A DNA stretch of 64,000 nt. Source: Nitrospirales bacterium (GTDB lineage: Bacteria; Nitrospirota; Nitrospiria; Nitrospirales; UBA8639). This document shows positions 10,537 to 21,213 of the stretch, piece by piece. Where the stretch lies: the NCBI GenBank assembly GCA_963422365.1, contig OY729426.1:544001-608000 (forward strand), given 5' to 3'. Position 1 is the stretch's first letter; each line of letters begins with the position of its first letter. The notes below the pieces were generated by a model. That model saw only the letters and a program-made list of their open reading frames with translations, ran no database searches and was not told the origin of the DNA. Made by a program: the position numbers and the translations under genes.

Positions 10537-11089
10537 CCTTCAGGGAGGACATTCCCATCTGGTGGATTGCCATAAAGCTTTAACCAACATTGCACGATCA
10601 ATCTCTGAACCAAAAGCACCTTCGACGGCATCTAAACAAGCCCCCCCTGTCCATCGAACGTAGGATAGGAATGGAGACTTATTTAAAAGAGACTGGTTGC
10701 TTATCGATGCAGGAAGGGAGAGCTAACCCCATTTATTTTACAGGTTAGCTATTCAGGAACTCGACTAGACGACTTTTAAGTCATGTTTTTCGGAAAGGGT
10801 TTTACCTTTATTGGATGATCCCTCCATTCTCTCCATTAGAGCGGGTTTGTCCCGCACTGACAATAGCCTCCTTAGTTCTCTTTTTTTGCTCCAGTTTTTC
10901 TAGGGCGTGCTTTGTCTTTTTGTCCATTTTATGTGCTAGCGCCATTGCTGCTATCTCCATTGGAGGTTGTTTTATCATCAGATAAAAAAAGTATAAATGG
11001 CTCTTCTTCACGCTCAGAGCAAACAAGCGCACCCAAGCATTCTGCTAATTTCTTTTCATGATCATTCGGATGCCTAAGACTTGCAAATA

Positions 11090-11367
11090 GGTCCTTTTTA
11101 GAATCCTTTTTTCATCGAGTACAGACAGCTTTTCTGGCTATTTTGCTTCGCATTGTCGGAGCGAGTTTTCAGCTTTGGCCTCTTTCCGCCCTTTTCCCTC
11201 AAAGCTTTCCACGAGCCACTGCGACAGAGTTCTGTTCAGGGATTTCTCTTTTTTGTTTGGTTTCTTGTTTTTCAGAAGGCTTGATGACTGCGTCTACAAT
11301 TGAATCGGTGTGGCAAGTAGGTTTATATCGACAGACCCATTGTTGCCTGAATGTTTAGGCACATCAT
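11090..11367 (-). pseudogene. Remnant of small basic protein of the AAVALGRLGGxKGG...IARKAAxARW type
   Basis: Broken frames read PKHSG..DINLLA/SIVDAVIK...NSVAVARGKL*GK...KLAPTMRSKIARKAVCTR*KK. Confidence 0.5.
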
Positions 11368-11425
11368 AATATGTCTGGATTACACCAGACAACACGACAG
11401 AACGGGTATAGGGAGGAACCCATCA

Positions 11426-11454
11426 TTGACAAGGCGAACTGGCAAGCGTACTAT
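11426..11454 (+). promoter_or_regulatory. Sigma70-type promoter for thiC leader
   Basis: TTGACA-17 bp-TACTAT immediately upstream of the riboswitch. Confidence 0.8.
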
Positions 11455-11467
11455 GTTTTCGTATGTG

Positions 11468-11560
11468 ATGAGCTAGGGGAGCCGAACGCGGCTGAGAGTC
11501 TTTGTGACGAAGACAACCCTTAGGACCTGATCTGGGTAATGCCAGCGTGGGGAAGCGGAG
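11468..11560 (+). promoter_or_regulatory. TPP (THI-box) riboswitch aptamer
   Basis: GGGGAGCC...GGCTGAGAG...ACCCTTAGGACCTGATCTGGGTAATGCCAGCGTGGGGAAGC upstream of thiC. Confidence 0.95.
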
Positions 11561-11584
11561 AGACAGTCTTGCTTCCTTGTGTGT

Positions 11585-13572
<1,988 letters not shown>

Positions 13573-13619
13573 CCGCCCGAACGGAGTCGTTTTTCAATAG
13601 CCTGCTAGGAGTTTTCGCC

Positions 13620-14420
13620 ATGGACCATCTCCGGCCAGCGCCGCTGCGTGAACGAGACGTGACGCGCCACATCGCGCGCGAATTCTATAAAGCGTTTGAT
13701 CAACTCATTGAGAGTGACGTGATTATTGTGGGAGGCGGTCCGTCCGGTCTGGTCTGCGCCCATGACCTCGCAACACAAGGATTTCGTACCCTTTTACTAG
13801 AACAAAGTCTCGCGCTCGGTGGAGGCTTTTGGTCTGGTGGGTACCTCATGAATAAAGCCACCTTGTGCGAACCGGCTCACACCATCCTTGAAAGCATGGG
13901 CGTTCCGTGTCCACCCATTAAGGAATGTGCGGGTATGAGGATCGTGGACCCTCCGCATGCCACCGCCCGCTTAATTGCCTCGGCGTATGAAGCAGGGGCA
14001 AAAGTGCTCAACCTGACCAAAGTAGTGGACCTGATCCTTCGCGGCGAAGGCGTGCTCGAAGGCGTCGTCGTCAATAACTCGACAACGGAGATGGCAGGAC
14101 ACGATATGATCCACGTTGATCCTATCGCGCTCGAGTCGAAAGTTGTGGTTGATGCCACTGGACATGATGCGGTCATTGTCGGATTGCTCAACCAACGCGG
14201 TCTCTATCACACGGTTCCGGGAAATGGTGCCATGTGGGTGGCACGCTCCGAGGCCTTGGTTGTAGAAAATACCCGTGAGGTCTTTCCGAACTGTTTTGTC
14301 ACCGGGTTGGCCGTGGCTGCCGTCGATGGGTCTCCCCGTATGGGGCCGGCTTTTGGGGCAATGCTGTTGTCGGGAAAACGTGCAGCCGACCTCGTTCGCC
14401 ACAACCTGAAAGGTGAATAG
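13620..14420 (+). CDS. thi4: Sulfide-dependent (non-Cys) THI4 thiazole synthase
   Basis: GGGPSGL, GGGFWSGG, HVDP (His at position of yeast Cys), DATGHDA, PRMGPAFGAMLLSG. Confidence 0.93.
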   Translation: MDHLRPAPLRERDVTRHIAREFYKAFDQLIESDVIIVGGGPSGLVCAHDLATQGFRTLLLEQSLALGGGFWSGGYLMNKATLCEPAHTILESMGVPCPPIKECAGMRIVDPPHATARLIASAYEAGAKVLNLTKVVDLILRGEGVLEGVVVNNSTTEMAGHDMIHVDPIALESKVVVDATGHDAVIVGLLNQRGLYHTVPGNGAMWVARSEALVVENTREVFPNCFVTGLAVAAVDGSPRMGPAFGAMLLSGKRAADLVRHNLKGE

Positions 14421-14459
14421 GATTTCTCATTCACGGCACGATTGATCCTTCTTGAATCA

Positions 14460-14975
14460 ATGAATCAGCAAGATTTCATTCAACAAGGTGAAGGGCGGGA
14501 AGACGACAAGCTGACCGCCTGGGATTTATTCCAGCAAGCCTACGAATGTCAGATGAAAGGTAATCTGGATAACGCCGTCAAATTATACCGAAACTCCATC
14601 GACCTCTTTCCGACGGCCGAAGCGCATACCTTCCTCGGATGGACCTACAGCTTTATGGGTCAATTGGATGAAGCCATTGAAGAATGTCATCGGGCCATCC
14701 GGACGGACCCGGACTTTGGGAATCCGTATAATGACATTGGGGCCTATCTCATTGAACTGAACCAGTTAGATGAAGCGATCCCCTGGCTCGAACGCGCCAC
14801 CAAAGCCAAACGGTATGAAAGTCCGGCCTTTCCGCACATGAATCTTGGGCGAGTCTATGAACGAAAAGGCAACTGGGTCCTTGCCATCGAAGCGTACAAA
14901 ACCGCTGTAACGCTCAATTCCAAGTATACGCCGGCCAAGAGAGCGATGATGCGGCTGATCACCTTGATGAATTAG
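14460..14975 (+). CDS. Tetratricopeptide-repeat protein
   Basis: Repeated TPR units (AEAHTFLGWTY, NPYNDIGAYL, PHMNLGRVY). Confidence 0.88.
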   Translation: MNQQDFIQQGEGREDDKLTAWDLFQQAYECQMKGNLDNAVKLYRNSIDLFPTAEAHTFLGWTYSFMGQLDEAIEECHRAIRTDPDFGNPYNDIGAYLIELNQLDEAIPWLERATKAKRYESPAFPHMNLGRVYERKGNWVLAIEAYKTAVTLNSKYTPAKRAMMRLITLMN

Positions 14976-15026
14976 AGATTACTCAATTTTGTTCGTCGAT
15001 CGATTTTCATAAGAAAGGTATCACTC

Positions 15027-15410
15027 GTGGAACAAGAAAAAATGGTTTTCGTGGGCGTGACCGATATTTTTTTCTATACGAAAATTCGTGATGCCTTTCA
15101 ACCCGCCGGCTATGCGCTCAAGCGCATCACCTCTCCTGATGAGATCCTCGAAAAGGCCAAGACCCATGCACCAACTGCCATTGTGCTGAACATGAATGAC
15201 CCCGGGCTCGATGCCACCACCATGCTGAAGACCGCGAAAAGCGAGACGGCATTGAACTCTATCCCGATTTTGGCTTTTGCCAATCATGAAGAAGTCGACA
15301 CGTGGCGTCAGGCCAAAGAACTCGGCATCAACAAAATTGTCTCACGCAACGAATTTTCTGCCAGAACCCTGGCCCTCCTTGAAGAAGTGACCCAACCCCG
15401 CACGGCATGA
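15027..15410 (+). CDS. Atypical stand-alone receiver (CheY-like) domain protein
   Basis: Receiver-like alternation of strands/helices (IVLNMNDPGLD, IPILAFA); phospho-acceptor Asp position appears to be Asn. Confidence 0.6.
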   Translation: MEQEKMVFVGVTDIFFYTKIRDAFQPAGYALKRITSPDEILEKAKTHAPTAIVLNMNDPGLDATTMLKTAKSETALNSIPILAFANHEEVDTWRQAKELGINKIVSRNEFSARTLALLEEVTQPRTA

Positions 15411-16504
15411 AACAGTCTTCCCTTCATACCGCCCATCAACAACTGGGGGCGCACTTTGGCCTTGCCGGAGAGTGGGAGATGCCACGCCATTATGGTGATC
15501 CCACTGCCGAACATCATGCGGTCAGAAAGGGCGTAGGGGTTGCCGATGTCTCGCATCGCGGAACACTGCAGGTCACGGGAGACGATCGCGTCACGTGGCT
15601 CCAAAGCATTATCAGTAACGACATTCTTCCACTCCAGTCCGGGCACTGGTTGCATTCGAGTTTCATGTCGCACAAAGGCAAGATGCTGAGCTACTTTCGG
15701 GTCTATCGGCTTGCGGAGTATCTGTTTGTGGAGGATATGGGCGAATTAGGGGCTGTCACCTACGAGGCCTTTCGAAAGTTTCTTCTCTACGGCACCAAAG
15801 CCAAAATGAAGAATTGCGGAGACACCTGGGGTATTCTTTTGGTCAGTGGCCCCAAGGCCCCACTTCTTATTCAGCAAGCCTGGGGAGTCGATGCCACCGA
15901 TTTGAGCCCGGATTCCTTCCTGACCCACGACCTGAATGGGCAGTCAGCCCTGATTGCCAACACTCAGGAAACCGGTGAGTGCGACAGAGAAATTCTGATG
16001 CCGAATGACGCCATGGACCAAGCCTGGAGACAGTTGTGGGAGGTTGGGGAAGCCTTGGCCCTACGAGCCATTGGCACGGAAGCACGAGAATCCCTGCGCA
16101 TCGAAGCGGGCATCCCCAAACTGGGACCGGATTTGAATGAACAGATTGTCCCGCCAGAAGCCAACCTCGAAGGGAAAGCCTTTAGCTTGAATAAAGGGTG
16201 CTACCCCGGACAAGAAGTCGTCGCACGCATGGACACGTACGGTTCAGTCAAACGGCGACTGGTAGGCTTGGTGATTGATTCACCGGAGAACATGGTTCCC
16301 CTTCCCCATGCCAAAGTGTTCAGCGAAGGGCGAGAGGTCGGGTGGATCAGCAGCGCGATTCACTCTCCCACCTTGAATAAAACCCTCGCATTCGGGTTTC
16401 CTCTACGAGACTTCACCGCTCCAGGCACGGCCCTCGACGTGGACATCAACGGACAACGTCAGGCCGCCATTGTACAGGCTCTTCCGTTTTACCATTCAAG
16501 TTAG
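15407..16504 (+). CDS. GcvT/YgfZ-family folate-binding aminomethyltransferase-like protein
   Basis: DVSHRGTLQVTGDDR, LRIEAGIP, KGCYPGQEVVAR (YgfZ signature). Confidence 0.9.
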   Translation: MKQSSLHTAHQQLGAHFGLAGEWEMPRHYGDPTAEHHAVRKGVGVADVSHRGTLQVTGDDRVTWLQSIISNDILPLQSGHWLHSSFMSHKGKMLSYFRVYRLAEYLFVEDMGELGAVTYEAFRKFLLYGTKAKMKNCGDTWGILLVSGPKAPLLIQQAWGVDATDLSPDSFLTHDLNGQSALIANTQETGECDREILMPNDAMDQAWRQLWEVGEALALRAIGTEARESLRIEAGIPKLGPDLNEQIVPPEANLEGKAFSLNKGCYPGQEVVARMDTYGSVKRRLVGLVIDSPENMVPLPHAKVFSEGREVGWISSAIHSPTLNKTLAFGFPLRDFTAPGTALDVDINGQRQAAIVQALPFYHSS

Positions 16505-16604
16505 TCGTCATGTTGAGTTCAGTATTCTTGACTTGCTCTAGAATCTCGGGGTGAGTTATCTTGTTCACGAGGAAATCCTATCTCTCTGAATCATAGATTG
16601 ACGG

Positions 16605-17318
16605 GTGAAGATGAAGACCAGCCTTGAGTGGATGAATGTGACGTATGACGTGGATTTTGCCGCCCCGTCGTTTGATCTGCCGATTAGCAACACGAGCGTG
16701 CTCAAGGCTTTCTACGAGACGATTCATCCTCGTTTTCCAATCAACGCGCGTGACATGTACGTATCCGGGGGCAACTTGCTTTCGGACATTCATGTTCGCG
16801 TCACCCTGTTCAATGGGGATGGCGTTATCGATATATCCGTGGACAAAATGTCCCTTGTTTTCAATAACTTGAGGACGGAAAAAGACTTGAAAATCTGTAG
16901 GGACTGCATCTCGCTAAGCGAAGAGGCGTTGCAAAAATCGTTACCTGACGTGTCAGTTTGCACAGTAGCCATCAAACCTACGCTGTTTTTGGAACTGATA
17001 GGCGGAGAACAGGATGCCGGCAACCACCTGTCACGACTGCAGGGGTCAAGCATCCAACTTGACCTGAGTGCATTCGGCAACGCCACTCAGCATCCCGGAG
17101 TGAATCTTGAGGTCGAGAACTCCGAGGAAAAATGGGATGCCCTCTTTCACGCATTTCGGAATCAGATAAGGGCGTCCTCCTTGATTCTTTCTTGTCAGGC
17201 CTCCTATCGCGCAGACGGAACGGTGCGTGGACTCGAAAACCGTGCGAACCACCTGAAACAATTGCTGTTGGCGTTTCTCGACAGCATCGGCCTGAAACTG
17301 GAAAGATCGACGGAATGA
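16605..17318 (+). CDS. Hypothetical protein, first gene of three-gene TA-like module
   Basis: 237-aa intact ORF; stop overlaps next start (ATGA at 17315-17318); alternative ATG at 16611. Confidence 0.75.
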   Translation: MKMKTSLEWMNVTYDVDFAAPSFDLPISNTSVLKAFYETIHPRFPINARDMYVSGGNLLSDIHVRVTLFNGDGVIDISVDKMSLVFNNLRTEKDLKICRDCISLSEEALQKSLPDVSVCTVAIKPTLFLELIGGEQDAGNHLSRLQGSSIQLDLSAFGNATQHPGVNLEVENSEEKWDALFHAFRNQIRASSLILSCQASYRADGTVRGLENRANHLKQLLLAFLDSIGLKLERSTE

Positions 17319-18028
17319 TTGCAGCAAGAACTCTGGTTGGATCTCTCGGACAGGGACAGCTTGGAGCTTCGGGGCTGGTTCCGCGCGGCAGTTTGGTTCA
17401 GCCCGAATCACACGCACGCGCGGCAGAGACAGGTGTGGACTCACTAACATTGTCAAGGGGTAGGGCCGAGTGGAGAAAGGGCAGGGAATTTCGAAGATCG
17501 ACGCCAGCATCTGCAGCGAAGGCATCACCCTACACAGATGCACGCCCTCCCTTTCTTCCCGATCGTTTTGGACTATCGATGATCCCCTCGGACGTGGGTC
17601 TGCTCAGTAGTACCGAGTCACGAAAGGCCAGCGCATCAGCAGCATGGCCGGAAAAAGCATTCCCGTTTCGCGGCAGAATCACCGGTCCGGTCAAGTTCAT
17701 CAATCAACTCCTCGCCACGTGGCATTTGGAACCTGGGTCAGCCTGCGCCCTGCTTGGATTCGAGCCTTCTGATTCCAGATCCATCAATGACGTCCTTCAG
17801 GGTCACGTTACTCTTCGAGGGCGGGATGCAAAGGACCGAATCGCTCATCTCTTTCAAATCCGAAAGTTGTTGTCCGCGCTCTTTCGAGACGAGGCTGTTG
17901 AGAACGAGTGGCTGAGAGAACCCCGAGACATGTTGAAGGGCAAGACGCCTATGGAGCTGTTGCTAGAGGGTTCAATGGAGAATCTGCTCTTGGTGAGAGA
18001 GTACGTTGAGTTCGTAACGGGAAGGTAA
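17315..18028 (+). CDS. Xre/MbcA/ParS-type antitoxin with long low-complexity N-terminal extension
   Basis: C-terminal half: LATWHL..SACALLG, DRIAHLFQIRKLLSALF, NEWLREP..MLKGKTPMELLLEG, LLLVREYVE. Confidence 0.82.
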   Translation: MIAARTLVGSLGQGQLGASGLVPRGSLVQPESHARAAETGVDSLTLSRGRAEWRKGREFRRSTPASAAKASPYTDARPPFLPDRFGLSMIPSDVGLLSSTESRKASASAAWPEKAFPFRGRITGPVKFINQLLATWHLEPGSACALLGFEPSDSRSINDVLQGHVTLRGRDAKDRIAHLFQIRKLLSALFRDEAVENEWLREPRDMLKGKTPMELLLEGSMENLLLVREYVEFVTGR

Positions 18029-18030
18029 GC

Positions 18031-18678
18031 TTGCTTGAATCGATCGCTACCGAATCGCTGCGGACGGATGTATTCCAGTTGGCGAGTCAGCTACAAGACG
18101 TAGACTTTCTTCGTGTCCAAGAATTTGATGACCAAAGCGTCGATGAGATGTCCGATTTGTTGGCATCTCTTGGTATTTCCGACACGCCTGAAGATCTGTG
18201 TGACGGACCATTCAGACCTAAACCACAACTTCAGAAAGCTGGACATCGCTCTCGTTTCTCAGACGGCTCCTTCCCCGTCTTTTATAGTTCATTGGAGCCC
18301 AAGACGGCTGAGGCTGAGATGCGATATCGGTTTCTGAAAAACGTGAGCAACCCAACACAACCTCGTACTGCCTACTATGCTCGTTTCTCATGCGACTTTG
18401 ACGGATCGATAAAGGATTTGAGGCCGAGGCATGCAGACTGGCCTGATCTCACTCACGACAGTGACTATCACTTCTGCAACAGTTTGGGAACCCAGGCAGT
18501 AGCCTCCGATCTTGATGGGCTGGTAACGCCATCCGCGCGAAGGGCCAATGGAACAAACCTTCCGGTGTTCAGGCGACGCGCCGTCAGCAATCCTGTGGTC
18601 CACGACCTTGTGGCAATGACGTTGGATCCTTCGAGCGGAGAGGTCACCGTTAGCGAGAGAGGCGTGAACGGTTCCTGA
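18031..18678 (+). CDS. RES-domain toxin (putative NAD+ phosphorylase / ADP-ribosyltransferase fold)
   Basis: SRFSDGSFPVFY (R), TAEAE (E), GLVTPSARR (S); starts 2 nt after antitoxin stop. Confidence 0.88.
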   Translation: MLESIATESLRTDVFQLASQLQDVDFLRVQEFDDQSVDEMSDLLASLGISDTPEDLCDGPFRPKPQLQKAGHRSRFSDGSFPVFYSSLEPKTAEAEMRYRFLKNVSNPTQPRTAYYARFSCDFDGSIKDLRPRHADWPDLTHDSDYHFCNSLGTQAVASDLDGLVTPSARRANGTNLPVFRRRAVSNPVVHDLVAMTLDPSSGEVTVSERGVNGS

Positions 18679-18728
18679 ATCAAAATAGCAGCTTCCACGC
18701 TCTCAGCAGAAAAAATGTTTGAGGGTGG

Positions 18729-19199
18729 TTATTCCGGATGGCGTGCTAACGAAAGTTTTTGGCCAACAGCAAGGGCACTGGCTCGCTGGGCAGCATCTAA
18801 TCCCAACAAAATATGCGCTTCGTCTCCATGCTGGAGTCGCACACTTAAAAAGGAAATTTCTTCTCGCTTTTCCTCATCTTTATAGATGCCCTCAATAGTT
18901 TGAAATTTGGTGAGGTCGGCAGCGGAAAACATATCATAGCGAAAATATTGATCACCAATGACCATATCATATACCACGTTGCCTTCCGTCACGGCGATTG
19001 CATTGAAGTGTCCCTGGTCTTCATACCCTTCCGGTAAATATTGATTGATATGCAAGAAGGCGATCGGCCGTCTACCCAGAGCCAAGGCTATTTTCTTCTC
19101 CAAGGCGTCATAATCAATTTGCAAGGCGCGCTCATCTAGTCCGGTCGCCGCCAAGGCCGCCTCTTTCACTTTTTCAAAGACCTCTTTCGCTGTTGCCAC
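18729..19199 (-). CDS. Hypothetical protein
   Basis: 156-aa ORF, AAGGAG RBS before GTG, protein-like composition. Confidence 0.7.
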   Translation of the reverse strand: MATAKEVFEKVKEAALAATGLDERALQIDYDALEKKIALALGRRPIAFLHINQYLPEGYEDQGHFNAIAVTEGNVVYDMVIGDQYFRYDMFSAADLTKFQTIEGIYKDEEKREEISFLSVRLQHGDEAHILLGLDAAQRASALAVGQKLSLARHPE

Positions 19200-19369
19200 A
19201 AGTCACGCTCCTTTCTCAATCCGTTCAACACAGGCTTTTCGCCTCAATCACCCTGTCGGCTACGATAGCCAGATCGGCAGCAAGAATGCAAGTGTTTCGG
19301 CGTACCATTGCAACGCTGCATGACTGTTGGGCATACTAGGCTCAAGACTAGCACGAAGGAGTCAACAGA

Positions 19370-19585
19370 ATGAATGCTCAACATTGCATGATTGAGGGAT
19401 GTACAAACCAAGGCTATGCCCCAGCCGGAACGGGCATTGTGTGCAAAGACCATTTTTCTGATTTTGTGACCTGGCGACGAAAAAAGGGCGGCAAAGGGCT
19501 GTTTCGGAAATATAACGGCATGACGATGGTGGAACGGGATTCGATTGTCAAAGAATGGCAGAACACCCTTACCCTCCCTCACTAA
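19370..19585 (+). CDS. Small Cys/His (putative zinc-binding) hypothetical protein
   Basis: AAGGAG RBS; C-x4-C...C-x2-H pattern. Confidence 0.65.
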   Translation: MNAQHCMIEGCTNQGYAPAGTGIVCKDHFSDFVTWRRKKGGKGLFRKYNGMTMVERDSIVKEWQNTLTLPH

Positions 19586-19623
19586 CACCGTAACACCGCC
19601 CGCTAAAAGCGCTAGTCAGTAAC

Positions 19624-19647
19624 GGCGGCATCAGATGCCGCAGCGAC
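19624..19647. repeat. REP-like palindrome (copy 1; partner at 41448-41471)
   Basis: GGCGGCATCAGATGCCGCAGCGAC, 7-bp stem, between convergent genes. Confidence 0.6.
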
Positions 19648-19696
19648 AATGTTGACCGGAAGAAGACGAGACTCTCACCCGCCCGTACAACTTGTT

Positions 19697-20089
19697 TTAT
19701 TCCATTAACGGTGAGCCATGATGATGGATAATCTTCCAGCCTTCATCCATCCGCTCATACAGATTGGTCGCAACGACTCGACTCTCTTGGGTCGTATCCG
19801 CATGCCGACTCGTAATATTCTCCGTACAAATCACCCATGCCAGGTCACCGGCGACTTGAACCTGTAACTCCGTGAGTGAAAAGCCCATGGAAAAAATATT
19901 ATTAAAAATCACGACCCATGAATCTCGAACCATCGGCCAGCCGACCCGCATACTCCAGCCTGGATGGATGCACGTCACATATTCCTGATGTGCCCAAATC
20001 TTATCCATTTTTCCAATATCCAAACTTTCAAAGGCACCATAAAATTCCTCGTTGGCTAATGTCACTTCCTCGATTCGCTCTTTCAGCAT
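19697..20089 (-). CDS. SnoaL/NTF2-like family protein
   Basis: ANEEFYGAFESLD, CIHPGW, ATNLYE...WKIIHHHGSP. Confidence 0.88.
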   Translation of the reverse strand: MLKERIEEVTLANEEFYGAFESLDIGKMDKIWAHQEYVTCIHPGWSMRVGWPMVRDSWVVIFNNIFSMGFSLTELQVQVAGDLAWVICTENITSRHADTTQESRVVATNLYERMDEGWKIIHHHGSPLME

Positions 20090-20208
20090 TCAGCTTTACC
20101 TTTCTCCACTATTCAACGCGTTACGCACCGACAGCCAGTCGATTTTTGTCGTGAAACGATCATCCCATTTGAACAAATTTTGAGCAACCCTCTTCCAGAA
20201 AAGCCTCC

Positions 20209-21120
20209 TCATGAGGTGTTTGAAGATCGGTTGACTAACCAGACCCCGCCTAAAACGAATCCAATGCCCAGCACTTTGATCAGATCGAAGGATTCCCCGA
20301 GAATGACAAAAGACAAGACAAGCGCAGACACGGGAATCAAATTGGTAAACACCCCCGCACGAGAAGGGCCAATACCGGACACTCCGTAGAGCCAGGCTTG
20401 CTGACCGAGTGCGGTGGCAAAGACAATGACATACACCAACGCCACCCAACCAGAGGAAGGAATACTCCCGATGCCTGCCGCTAACACTTGAGGATCTATC
20501 CACAGCAACGGAACTTGAAAGACGATTGAGATGAAGAGCGTCGTCCAATTCACCGTCAACGGCGACAGCCCCTCCATCATCCAACGGCTCCCGATGGTGT
20601 AGAAGGCCCAGCTTATCAGAGCCAGAACAACCAAACTGCCGCCTAGAATAGGGTTCGCTCCGCCATCCGCCGTCGCCTGTCCACCTGAGACTAACGCCAC
20701 CCCAATAAATGACACCGCACACCCAACCCAGACTTGGCGAAACGGGATATCTCGCAGCATCAATGAGGAAAGAAAGGCTATCATGGCTGGGCTAGCCCCG
20801 ATCATCACGCCAGCTGCCCCAGCCCCGATGTACTGAAGTCCATACAAAATCAGAAGGTGATTCCCCAGAACGGCGAGCCCCAAGGCCGTGAGCACCCCGA
20901 GATCCCGCACAGTCAAACGAGTCGTGGACTGGCCTTGCCACCACCACAACGGCACAAGAATCCCCAACGCGCCGATTCCTCGAAACACCGACACTTCCAC
21001 CGCAGAGAAGGCACCCAAGGCCACTTTTTGTGCCACGATTGACCCGCCCCACACCACCGAGGCGGTGATTAATGCAGCATAAGCCGCTGATTCTTTGGAC
21101 TGACTCAACGCTCGCCTCAC
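20209..21120 (-). CDS. DMT/EamA family transporter
   Basis: About 10 hydrophobic segments, VVWGGS start, IGPSRAGVFTNLIPV, ILGE. Confidence 0.92.
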   Translation of the reverse strand: MRRALSQSKESAAYAALITASVVWGGSIVAQKVALGAFSAVEVSVFRGIGALGILVPLWWWQGQSTTRLTVRDLGVLTALGLAVLGNHLLILYGLQYIGAGAAGVMIGASPAMIAFLSSLMLRDIPFRQVWVGCAVSFIGVALVSGGQATADGGANPILGGSLVVLALISWAFYTIGSRWMMEGLSPLTVNWTTLFISIVFQVPLLWIDPQVLAAGIGSIPSSGWVALVYVIVFATALGQQAWLYGVSGIGPSRAGVFTNLIPVSALVLSFVILGESFDLIKVLGIGFVLGGVWLVNRSSNTS

Positions 21121-21213
21121 GAATACGTTTCTCTGTATAATACGTCTTAGCCCATTCCACCGCCGGAGAATTCACGCAGAGAAATTTTCCTGCTGTCTTC
21201 CTATGAATCAGAC

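Noticed and set aside
10721..10750. AGCTAACC-N14-GGTTAGCT inverted repeat upstream of the MTase remnant
   Set aside because: Could be an operator, but no controller gene is visible and 8-bp arms can arise by chance.
10808..11032. 74-aa Lys-rich ORF in the AT-rich island
   Set aside because: No recognisable motif or clear RBS; coding status unsupported.
13590..13608. TTTTTCAATAGCCTGCTAG, resembling an IS/MITE end (similar inverted sequence near 21991-22006)
   Set aside because: Short, imperfect, 8 kb apart around ordinary genes and no target duplication; cannot support an element.
17375..17392. LVPRGS (thrombin site as in expression vectors) in the antitoxin extension
   Set aside because: No His-tag, T7 or other vector sequence around it; treated as coincidence, not contamination.
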